Shown here: positions 1-6,888 of the stretch, piece by piece | Layout: each line of letters opens with the position of its first letter | How positions within the stretch are numbered: the stretch's first letter is position 1 | Assembly (NCBI GenBank): GCA_035577525.1 | Contig: DATLVL010000323.1 | Coordinates: 1-39,743, forward strand | Source of the DNA: Gemmatimonadales bacterium | GTDB taxonomy: Bacteria; Gemmatimonadota; Gemmatimonadetes; Gemmatimonadales; GWC2-71-9 | Reading direction: 5' to 3' | Length of the DNA: 39,743 bases | The notes under the pieces: generated by a model | Seen by the model: the letters and a program-made list of their open reading frames with translations, nothing else | What the model was told of the DNA's origin: nothing | Databases searched by the model: none | Position numbers and translations under genes: made by a program

Positions 1-2
1 AG

Positions 3-251
3 CGACGCTCGCTCGCCGCGCGCAATAGCTTCCGCGTCCGGACGCGCTCAGGCCGGCGCTATGAGATCCAGCGTGGCCACCATGCCAATGTGTACGAGCT
101 CGACGCGCAGAACAAACGACGCGACCACCTGTGCGTGTATCCCGTCGGCGGGCTGCCCGAAGCCGACTGCATGCTGGCCCAGAAGCTCTGGCTCGAAGCG
201 AACGAAGAGGTACTGCGCAGCGTCGCCGTCATCACGCCCGTGCATGCGTGA
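3..251 (+). CDS. 3' end of a hypothetical protein gene, truncated at its 5' end by the window edge
   Basis: Frame 3 is open from the window edge to TGA 249-251 and has GC3-rich codons (...YEIQRGHHANVYELDAQNKRRDHLCVYPVGGLPEADCMLAQKLWLEANEEVLRSVAVITPVHA*). It is absent from the ORF track because it has no start in the window. Listed ORFs 48-245(-) and 61-264(+) look like off-frame shadows. Confidence 0.4.
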   Translation, partial: RRSLAARNSFRVRTRSGRRYEIQRGHHANVYELDAQNKRRDHLCVYPVGGLPEADCMLAQKLWLEANEEVLRSVAVITPVHA

Positions 252-260
252 GATTCCGGC

Positions 261-353
261 ATGAAGTCCTGGTTAGAGCCGGCGTTGTATGTGGTGCTCA
301 TCTTCGTGTCGGCGGTGCTGTTCGGCTGGTCCCTGCGCGGCGTGTTCGGATGA
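261..353 (+). CDS. 30-aa hydrophobic peptide (MKSWLEPALYVVLIFVSAVLFGWSLRGVFG), one predicted TM helix
   Basis: ATG lies 9 nt after the upstream stop. It is below the ORF-track size cutoff and has no clear SD. Confidence 0.3.
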   Translation: MKSWLEPALYVVLIFVSAVLFGWSLRGVFG

Positions 354-374
354 GACGCTTAAATGCAAAAGACA

Positions 375-412
375 CCCTCGCCCCGAGCTTGGGAGTGAGC
401 TCGGAGCGAGGG
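375..412 (+). terminator. Strong GC hairpin (7+7 bp stem with one mismatch, 8-nt loop), terminator-like but without a U-tract
   Basis: ccctcgc-c-ccgagct / tgggagtg / agctcgg-a-gcgaggg, read directly. It lies between the 30-aa ORF and the Zn-ribbon gene. Confidence 0.35.
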
Positions 413-445
413 CAGAAGTTATCCAATTTGAGAACACGAGGTCAT

Positions 446-565
446 TCTAATGGTGCATAAGTCGGCCAAATGTAAGGGCTGCCCACACACAAGCGAGACA
501 GGCACACGAGACGGACAACACTGGCGGTGCGATGGGTGCGGGCGATTGACTCCGCGTCCGCAAGT
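446..565. repeat. Left copy of the 120-bp exact direct repeat (partner 39624-39743)
   Basis: Base-by-base comparison is identical. The mismatch immediately upstream (t445 vs a39623) sets the left boundary. The right boundary is unknown because the window ends. Confidence 0.95.
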
Positions 566-728
566 CACCCCGCCAATTGAAGAAGCCGTCGAGCGTAGCC
601 CGGCCCTGAGCCAGCGGTGGATCGTGTTCCCACCTGGCGGGACGGCAACGCTAGTTTCAAACTTGACCAGTGCTGAGAGAAGGGATCTCTTTCGAGAGTT
701 AGCGATGGGGAACCCAACCGATGCTTGA
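450..728 (+). CDS. Small zinc-ribbon protein (CxxC-x17-CxxC), hypothetical
   Basis: 92-aa ORF MVHKSAKCKGCPHTSETGTRDGQHWRCDGCGR... GAGG sits 8 nt upstream. The first 116 nt are duplicated at the right end of the window. GC content is locally lower. Confidence 0.55.
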   Translation: MVHKSAKCKGCPHTSETGTRDGQHWRCDGCGRLTPRPQVTPPIEEAVERSPALSQRWIVFPPGGTATLVSNLTSAERRDLFRELAMGNPTDA

Positions 729-1027
729 CCGACATATGTGCCGTTATGACCGGTAAGCGCGCGGGGCCCAGGGCTGAGGCTCTGGTAGGTAAGCAGGTGC
801 ATAAGTCGGCCAAACCAGAACCGGTGCACTTGCCGGACGACTCCATTGCTGATCGGACACGCGGCGAGGTCCGCGCACTCCGCGCCGAGAACGAGCGGCT
901 ACGAGCCAACAACGAACGGCTGCTGAAAGCCGCTTACGGCCTGCAAGATGACGTTGAGGCGCTACAGCAACAACGCGCTGAACTCATCCTGAAGATCGAG
1001 CGCCTACGCGCGGGTGCCCAGGGCTGA
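725..1027 (+). CDS. Coiled-coil protein, hypothetical
   Basis: 100-aa ORF with an ATGA-type overlap with the upstream gene and a heptad-like ERLRANNERLLKA...LQQQRAELILKIERLRA segment. It reuses the VHKSAK motif of the upstream gene. Confidence 0.5.
   Translation: MTDICAVMTGKRAGPRAEALVGKQVHKSAKPEPVHLPDDSIADRTRGEVRALRAENERLRANNERLLKAAYGLQDDVEALQQQRAELILKIERLRAGAQG
758..789. repeat. Copy 1 of a 32/33-bp direct repeat (cgcgcggg[t]gcccagggctgaggctctggtagg)
   Basis: Read directly. The partner at 1007-1039 carries one extra T (1015). It contains the imperfect palindrome CCAGGGC-TGAG-GCTCTGG. Confidence 0.9.
796..814. repeat. 19-bp copy of ggtgcataagtcggccaaa (also at 452-470 and 39630-39648)
   Basis: Read directly. 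It encodes VHKSAK in frame in both genes. Confidence 0.9.
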
Positions 1028-1039
1028 GGCTCTGGTAGG
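1007..1039. repeat. Copy 2 of the 32/33-bp direct repeat. An inverted partial copy (cagccctgg) lies at 1060-1068.
   Basis: Read directly. It spans the stop codon of the 725-1027 gene. ccagggctg (1018-1026) is the reverse complement of 1060-1068. Confidence 0.9.
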
Positions 1040-1073
1040 CGTACTCCCTTTCTTTTCCCCAGCCCTGGACAGG

Positions 1074-1295
1074 TCAGTTGCGCGTGCCGTGTCGAGGCCT
1101 GGCGGTCGACACCAGCCCGAACGCGGCACCCACCACCACGCCGATCAGTGCGATCGCGACGTTGGAATACTCGGGTCGCAGCAACAGCAACACGCCACCC
1201 CCCACCAGCACGGTCAAGACCACCAGCGTAAGGCAGACCAGTCGAGTGATCGAAACTGCCGGCGTCTCCGGATCACTGGCAGGTTCGCTCAGCAC
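1074..1295 (-). CDS. Holin-like small membrane protein (2 TM helices)
   Basis: 73 aa with a GTG start. Hydrophobic stretches LVCLTLVVLTVLVGGGVLLLL and VAIALIGVVVGAAFGLV. It lies downstream of the endolysin at the end of the late operon. Confidence 0.55.
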   Translation of the reverse strand: MLSEPASDPETPAVSITRLVCLTLVVLTVLVGGGVLLLLRPEYSNVAIALIGVVVGAAFGLVSTARPRHGTRN

Positions 1296-1299
1296 CCAC

Positions 1300-1461
1300 T
1301 CACGTCAGACGCGCTATGGCCAACCCCGCGATCAGGCCGAACACCACCGCACTACTCATCGGCAGCACGCCGACAAGCCCGAGAATCGCCAGCAGCAGCA
1401 CCACGAGCGCGATGATCGCGCCGATGGTCCACGGGTAGGTACCGACAGCAAAAGCAGGCAT
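1300..1461 (-). CDS. Second holin/antiholin-like membrane protein, 53 aa (MPAFAVGTYPWTIGAIIALVVLLLAILGLVGVLPMSSAVVFGLIAGLAIARLT)
   Basis: Translated by hand and below the ORF-track cutoff. It has two hydrophobic helices and sits between the endolysin and the 73-aa membrane protein. Confidence 0.45.
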   Translation of the reverse strand: MPAFAVGTYPWTIGAIIALVVLLLAILGLVGVLPMSSAVVFGLIAGLAIARLT

Positions 1462-1479
1462 AGCGTCCTCCTCAGTGCA

Positions 1480-1920
1480 TCACGCGAGCCACACCACGCT
1501 GAAGCCGCCCAGGCGATCGAAGTCCTCGCGACTGACGTTGTCGTAGATTCCCTTGTAGCCAGGCGCCGAGTTGGCCACCCAGATCGTGCTGCCCTGCACG
1601 CCGCGGATTGCCACCCAGTGGTACCAGGCGGCTCCCGACATCAGGCCCGGCGTCTCCTGCGCCAGCAGGTACGTCTCGTCAAAGCTGAGCCAGCCCTGGT
1701 CGGTGTCGGCGCCGGTCTGCTCCTTGACCACCCGCTGGAGCTCGGCGCCGGAGCCGTCCATGAGTCCGTAGGTAGCGTTGATGTTGTGCGGGTAGCCAAT
1801 GGCGTAGACGACCGCCTCGCGACTGGTGTACACGTCCGCGTCGCGCGCGTAGCCCAGCGAGCGCTCGAGCCATTCAGTACTGCACGCCGAGCAGGTCCAG
1901 TCGTACAGCTGGCCGGGCAT
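1480..1920 (-). CDS. Endolysin candidate, papain-like (C39/NlpC-like) cysteine peptidase
   Basis: 146 aa with N-terminal Cys (DWTCSACS) and downstream His (AAWYHWVAIRG) at the spacing typical of Cys-His peptidases. It sits immediately upstream of the holin-like genes. Confidence 0.6.
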   Translation of the reverse strand: MPGQLYDWTCSACSTEWLERSLGYARDADVYTSREAVVYAIGYPHNINATYGLMDGSGAELQRVVKEQTGADTDQGWLSFDETYLLAQETPGLMSGAAWYHWVAIRGVQGSTIWVANSAPGYKGIYDNVSREDFDRLGGFSVVWLA

Positions 1921-1960
1921 GCTCGCCCAGGCGTCCCACGCGATCTCGGTTTGTGAGTCG

Positions 1961-2149
1961 TCACCGAAAGGGCACCCGGTTAACCCGGTTGTCCTCCTCT
2001 ATCCACCAGTACTGACCGTCTCTGCCCAGGGTCAGGCTGACTTTGTGCCCTTCGTCGAGAATGACGAAGCGCTCATCCGAGCGAGCCTCATCGTTGTTGT
2101 CGGCGAGGGCCTGCTGCACACCAGGGCCGATGCTGAATCCGTCGCTCAC
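1961..2149 (-). CDS. Hypothetical protein (62 aa)
   Basis: ORF with a 4-nt overlap to the upstream gene and GC3-biased codons. Confidence 0.5.
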   Translation of the reverse strand: MSDGFSIGPGVQQALADNNDEARSDERFVILDEGHKVSLTLGRDGQYWWIEEDNRVNRVPFR

Positions 2150-2739
2150 GCCACCTCCGGTGTCGCCAGAATGTGCGCCTTGTCCTGGCTCAGATAGGCC
2201 GGGTCGGTACGCATCAGCACGTCGTACTCGGTGGGGTCGTGCAGCACAGCGAGCTTGTGGTCTGGACCAACGCCACCACTCGGCTCGAGGCCGGTGATCA
2301 TCTGCTCCGCGGTGTCCTGATAGATGACCTGAAAGCTGGTCTTGCCTGCCTGCGGATCGACCTCGCGTAGCAGCTCAGCACCGGCCGGCTGCCAGCGGCC
2401 CGGGCCATCCATGCGATTGCAATTGAGTCGTACGTGGCCCTCAGGCAGAGCGTCGCTGCGGCCGGCCTCGACGGTCCCGCACGGGCAGCCCTCGCGCTGG
2501 ACCTTCTCGAGGAACATCTGCTGGGCTATCGGCGCCGCAGCCCCGCCGGCCACCGGCCAGGCCGACGCCCCGCCGCAGCCGTCAGGGCACTCCAGCATGA
2601 TGTAGTTGTGGTCCGCAGAGCCACCGCTGCTCGTGCCCCAGACCACGTCGGCAGCGGCCACCGTGCCGCTATGGCCACGCTCGTCGTACACCACGTCGAT
2701 GGAGCCGTCGGCGTTCAGGGTGACAGGCCGGACGCTCAT
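2146..2739 (-). CDS. Hypothetical Cys-rich protein downstream of the tail fibre (197 aa)
   Basis: ORF overlaps the fibre gene stop by 4 nt. Contains CPDGCGG and GCPCG motifs. Confidence 0.6.
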   Translation of the reverse strand: MSVRPVTLNADGSIDVVYDERGHSGTVAAADVVWGTSSGGSADHNYIMLECPDGCGGASAWPVAGGAAAPIAQQMFLEKVQREGCPCGTVEAGRSDALPEGHVRLNCNRMDGPGRWQPAGAELLREVDPQAGKTSFQVIYQDTAEQMITGLEPSGGVGPDHKLAVLHDPTEYDVLMRTDPAYLSQDKAHILATPEVA

Positions 2740-3884
2740 GGATTCGCCTCAACCGTAATGTTTGTGCCCGCGGCAGTATTCACCGCTGACACGGTCCCAG
2801 TAGCAGTACCAGTCACACGTACAACCACTGAGCCGACTCCTGATCCATTTAGCGCGGGTTGGCTCGCGTTGGCCAGCGACCAGGTCCCGTTCTTGGTAAC
2901 TGTTGGGGTTACGGCTTTACGCGCCTTGTATGGCAACGTCCAGTCAAAGGGAGCGCTGGCCGCGCCCGCATACGACGTCAGGGAAATCTCACCTGAAGTC
3001 TCGCCCAGGACCTCGTAGTACCGCAGGCACCGCGCCAGGTCGTCGGCCGGGTGCATGGGCACGTAGTCACACGGCTGCGAGCCGACCACCAGCATGGCGT
3101 TGTCGAGATACGCCGTGCAACTGGCGGCGAAATAGACCACGACCTGAATGGTGGCATTATTGGAGGGAACGGCGTACGTCGCGGTGAGGGACTGGTAGGT
3201 GCCGTCGCCGGTGTGAAACGCCGAGTAGGTGTTGAGTGAAGCAGTCCCGTCGAAGATCGCCACGCGCACCGCATTCGCCGTGCTGGCCTTCACCCGCACG
3301 CTCAGGCTGATCGTCTTTCCGGCCACCGCGATGTTGCCGTCCTGAGTCCTGATCGGTATCTGCAGGAGGCAGGTCTGTCCGGCGCCGCTGCCCAGAACGA
3401 ACGTACAGGCAGCGGACCTCACCGAGGCGACATCCCAGTTGGCCGCATTCATCGACACGCTGAGGGTGTCGGTGCCGGCGATGCTGAGCGCCCACCGATC
3501 GGCACAGAAGCCACCGTTCGTCGCGAACGGCCCATTGCCGCGCTGCCAGTTCTCGAAGCCACCATTGGTCAGCAGGTTGGCCCGCCCAACGTCACTGGCC
3601 AGTTTGGCATTGGTGACGCTGGCGTCGGCATGTTTGGCGGTCGTCACCGAGCCATCAGCCAGGTCCGCTGTCGCGATCGTCCCGTCGGCGATCATGGCCG
3701 ACGTGATCGTGCCATTCGGAATCGCACTGGCCGCCAGGGCATGGCCCAGACCAGGCGCATGCGTATGCTGATCGACCGCCTGCGCCAGGACCTGGACGTC
3801 TTCTTTTTTGAAAATGTCGTTGGCGGCAGTGGCATACGGAAACTGCAGACCGCCGCTGAAGTTTGTCGCGTTTGTTCGAGCCAC
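2736..3884 (-). CDS. Tail fibre / receptor-binding protein
   Basis: The N-terminus carries fibre-type repeats (ITSAMIADGTIATADLADGSVTTAKHADASVTNAKLA), followed by NLLTNGGFENW, a CBM/jelly-roll-like start. I prefer the GTG at 3884, which follows GGAGG by 8 nt just after the upstream stop. The ORF track extends to 3950. Confidence 0.7.
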   Translation of the reverse strand: MARTNATNFSGGLQFPYATAANDIFKKEDVQVLAQAVDQHTHAPGLGHALAASAIPNGTITSAMIADGTIATADLADGSVTTAKHADASVTNAKLASDVGRANLLTNGGFENWQRGNGPFATNGGFCADRWALSIAGTDTLSVSMNAANWDVASVRSAACTFVLGSGAGQTCLLQIPIRTQDGNIAVAGKTISLSVRVKASTANAVRVAIFDGTASLNTYSAFHTGDGTYQSLTATYAVPSNNATIQVVVYFAASCTAYLDNAMLVVGSQPCDYVPMHPADDLARCLRYYEVLGETSGEISLTSYAGAASAPFDWTLPYKARKAVTPTVTKNGTWSLANASQPALNGSGVGSVVVRVTGTATGTVSAVNTAAGTNITVEANP

Positions 3885-3897
3885 TAACCCAACCTCC

Positions 3898-5853
3898 TCA
3901 AGTCCATTGGACCGCTTTGATACGCAGTGACCCGCGCCACTGACGCCCAATCTCGTCGAAGCTCTGCAGTAACGAATATTCGGTAAACGACAATTGCTGC
4001 GTCGACTCGTCCGGCAGGATGACCGTGACCGCGCCAGGCGTATCGACCGCGGCTTCGATCAGTTTCTGGATCTGCGTGCGACCGATCCTGATCGGCACGC
4101 CGTCACGGCGGACCAGGCCGTCAGCACACAGGATGTCCGCCTGAAACTCCATCACCCGCGGCGGGCGCAACGCATGCCCCAGGCTGACGGCCGACACCTG
4201 CGGCGAGCTGGTGCGCATCGTGTTGTGCAGGTGCACGCGCAGCGCCGCCAGCGTGCACGCCGCATCCACCGGGAACTTGAAGCGGTCGTACACCCCGCTA
4301 TTGAACTGGTGCGCCAGCGAGGTGAACGGCGTGCTCGACGTCGGGTCCAGCTTGTACTCGAGCGTGACGTAGTCGTTCGCGTCGATCTTCGGGCCCGTCA
4401 CGCTGAAGTGCCGCAGGCTCTTTGGGCTGGCGTGGTAGCCGCCATGCCACAGCGGCAGGTCGACCCAGCCGTCGCCGACGAAGTACGGGTAGTCGGCGCA
4501 ACCCGCGGGATTTGGCGTGCAGGAATTCAGCATCCAGCCGATCGAGCCGTCCGAAAAGCCGATGTACGTCCGCGTGTGACCGGCCACAGGCGAGCCGACC
4601 TGCGAGACGAACAGCGCCTGGATCGCGCGACTGACGAACGGGATACTGACCGAGCCGTGCCAGGCGTCGATGTGCACCGGCTCGCCCGTGCCCTGCGAGC
4701 CCAGCGCGGTGACCAGCGTCGACTGCCGCGGTCCGCGCACGCCCATCGCGACCCACGCGCCGAACTTGCACAGATACGACGTGTTCGTATCACGGTCCAG
4801 CAGCGCCGCGTAGGCGAACATCGACTCGACCCCGGCGAAGGCCGTGACCTGACCGGTCACGGTGCCCGTATTGCCGCTCAGGTCGTCCGGCCCGACCGAC
4901 GTCCACGACAGGTCCGGGTCGATGCGTCCCAACGAGTTGCCGTAGGCCACGAACAGCCCGTTTTCGAACGTGCCCCAGGCCCGCCCGTTGGTCGCCGTGT
5001 CGGCGTAGCGCAGGAACGGAAACAGCTCGTGATCGGTGCCCGAGGCGTCCAGCGTGTAGCACCCGTCGGTCTTGGCCACGATCAACGTGCCGCCACTGGT
5101 CACCAGCAGCGACACGATCGCCGACGACTTATCGCCCGCTCTGAAAATCAACGAGGTGTAGTTGGCCTCGTTGGTCGGGTCGGCGTTGGTGTCCAGCTTC
5201 CTGAGGCGGTTGGTGTCGTCCGCCCACCAGAACTCTTTGGCGATCACCGTGAACGCCAGCGCCGTGAACGTCGCCATCGCGGTGTACGCCGCGCCGTCCG
5301 ACGTCCATGCCGCGACCACTCCCTGCAGCGCGAAAAACGCCCGCTGCACGCCGTCGAAGTTCGACGTGAAGACGCACACGTCCAGGATGGGCGCCGCGAA
5401 GGTATGCACGACCGACCAGGTGTCGGTGGTCCCCGCCGCCTTTTTCAGAACGTTGGTGCCATTGGCCGCGTACAGGCTGTTGCCGAGCTCGAAGAAGCGG
5501 TTGATGCCGTGCACCGTGTCGACGCCCGCGGGCGTGACGGTACCGATCTCCGGACCGAGGCACCACGGCCAGACGGACAGGTCGACCGCGTTCGCGGCGA
5601 CGTATCGCTGGTCGTCCCACTTCTCCTGAATCGCCAGGCCCAGGCCCAGCGTCATCTGCTGGAACGGCTCTTCGCGGTCGTTGGTCGGATTGGCGCCCGC
5701 GTACGAATAGTCCGGCGGCGCGACCTGATTGATGCTCTGGGTCTCGACCGACACGAGCGCCGGCTGCCCCGGCTGCGGCGAGCCGAGCATGAATCCCGTG
5801 CCTGAAATGACGACGTGGTACGGCCACGGCCGCCGCTTCGCGTACAGACTCAT
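3898..5853 (-). CDS. Large virion/tail structural protein (651 aa)
   Basis: Long ORF in the tail module, overlapping the upstream gene by 4 nt. No motif recognised. Confidence 0.65.
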   Translation of the reverse strand: MSLYAKRRPWPYHVVISGTGFMLGSPQPGQPALVSVETQSINQVAPPDYSYAGANPTNDREEPFQQMTLGLGLAIQEKWDDQRYVAANAVDLSVWPWCLGPEIGTVTPAGVDTVHGINRFFELGNSLYAANGTNVLKKAAGTTDTWSVVHTFAAPILDVCVFTSNFDGVQRAFFALQGVVAAWTSDGAAYTAMATFTALAFTVIAKEFWWADDTNRLRKLDTNADPTNEANYTSLIFRAGDKSSAIVSLLVTSGGTLIVAKTDGCYTLDASGTDHELFPFLRYADTATNGRAWGTFENGLFVAYGNSLGRIDPDLSWTSVGPDDLSGNTGTVTGQVTAFAGVESMFAYAALLDRDTNTSYLCKFGAWVAMGVRGPRQSTLVTALGSQGTGEPVHIDAWHGSVSIPFVSRAIQALFVSQVGSPVAGHTRTYIGFSDGSIGWMLNSCTPNPAGCADYPYFVGDGWVDLPLWHGGYHASPKSLRHFSVTGPKIDANDYVTLEYKLDPTSSTPFTSLAHQFNSGVYDRFKFPVDAACTLAALRVHLHNTMRTSSPQVSAVSLGHALRPPRVMEFQADILCADGLVRRDGVPIRIGRTQIQKLIEAAVDTPGAVTVILPDESTQQLSFTEYSLLQSFDEIGRQWRGSLRIKAVQWT

Positions 5854-6875
5854 CCGGCCATCCTGACCGCGGGCCCGAACGTGCGCGGGCGGTACAGCTT
5901 CTTCTGGGGCATGTCTGCCACCAGGTGCTCGCGCACCAGGTCGTTGAACGCCGCCACCGCGCTGGCCTGGTCGCGGATCAGCCGCTGGTTCGCCGCCGGC
6001 TCAAGCAGGTGGCCGAACTGCCGCCAGCCGGCAACCAGTGCCGCGGCGGCGGCCCAGCCGCGTTCGATCGGCGCCTCGTCCGTCTCGAGCAGCAGGCCCT
6101 GCTGGTCGCCGAAGTTGCCGCCCGCGCCGCGACAGTGGTCATACCCCCGCTTGAGGCAGCGCAGGAAGATCAGATCCCCCGTGCTGAAGGTCATCGAGCC
6201 CGTCTGCAAGTAGAAGGTTCCGCCGTCACGCTCGACACGCCCATAGATGCGCCGCTCGAACGGGTCTTGCAGGTTGCGGTCCTCACCGTTGGCCAGCAGC
6301 CCGACCTGGAGCACGTCGCCCGCATCGATCAGCCACGGCGCGGCCACGCTCAGATCGTGCCTGGTCGTTTCGATCGTCGGAATGCAGGCGACCTCGACCA
6401 CCAGCCAGCAGTGGCGCAGCCCTTCGTTGAGCAGTCGGGTGGTGGTTGGTGCGTCGAACGGCCCCAGGATCTCGAATCGCTCGCCGATCCCGTTGATACC
6501 CGAGCCTTCCAGGTCGACGTATTCGTACTGCTCCATGTCGTGATAGGTGAAGGCTTCCAGGAATCCATACGTGGTACCCGCGACGTCCGAATACGGAGCA
6601 ACCGCCCACTCGATATCGGGCGTGATCGTCCCGGTCGACGGGTCGTAGCTCATCACGTAGCGATTGCGGTCGGTCTGCTGCGTCGCGTTCGGGCGGTACA
6701 GCGGACGGTCAATCAGCGTGTCCTGCTGCGGGATGCCCGACTGGATCGGGTAGATCGTGCAAACCAGCTTGGTCAGGTCCGAGCCGCCCATCGCTCGCAC
6801 CTCGTACGACTCGGGCCCAATGAACGGACCAGCTTCCTGCGCGAACGTTGAGCGGTACTCCTGAAGCGTGGGCAT
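5850..6875 (-). CDS. Virion/tail structural protein (341 aa)
   Basis: ORF in the tail module with operon continuity. Confidence 0.6.
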   Translation of the reverse strand: MPTLQEYRSTFAQEAGPFIGPESYEVRAMGGSDLTKLVCTIYPIQSGIPQQDTLIDRPLYRPNATQQTDRNRYVMSYDPSTGTITPDIEWAVAPYSDVAGTTYGFLEAFTYHDMEQYEYVDLEGSGINGIGERFEILGPFDAPTTTRLLNEGLRHCWLVVEVACIPTIETTRHDLSVAAPWLIDAGDVLQVGLLANGEDRNLQDPFERRIYGRVERDGGTFYLQTGSMTFSTGDLIFLRCLKRGYDHCRGAGGNFGDQQGLLLETDEAPIERGWAAAAALVAGWRQFGHLLEPAANQRLIRDQASAVAAFNDLVREHLVADMPQKKLYRPRTFGPAVRMAG

Positions 6876-6888
6876 GCTCGAATGCTCC

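Noticed and set aside
446-565. The 120-bp repeat as a tRNA/tmRNA-derived att site
   Set aside because: It has no cloverleaf or T-loop (GGTTCGAATCC-like) features. The repeat starts 4 nt before an ATG and is protein-coding (a zinc ribbon). Serine integrases use short att cores without long duplications.
1014-1956. Plus-strand ORFs 1014-1415 (133 aa) and 1078-1956 (292 aa) downstream of the coiled-coil gene
   Set aside because: These are Arg/Pro/His-rich shadow frames opposite the holin-like and endolysin genes. The 1014 ORF arises only from the 1-nt indel in the direct repeat.
3994-5805. 603-aa plus-strand ORF opposite the 651-aa tail gene. Also 11381-13330 (649 aa), 14062-15204 (380 aa), 25158-26294 (378 aa), 30833-31855 (340 aa) and 5925-6851 (308 aa)
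   Set aside because: These have the same antisense-shadow composition. Each overlaps a better-supported minus-strand gene that is linked to its neighbours by stop-start overlaps.
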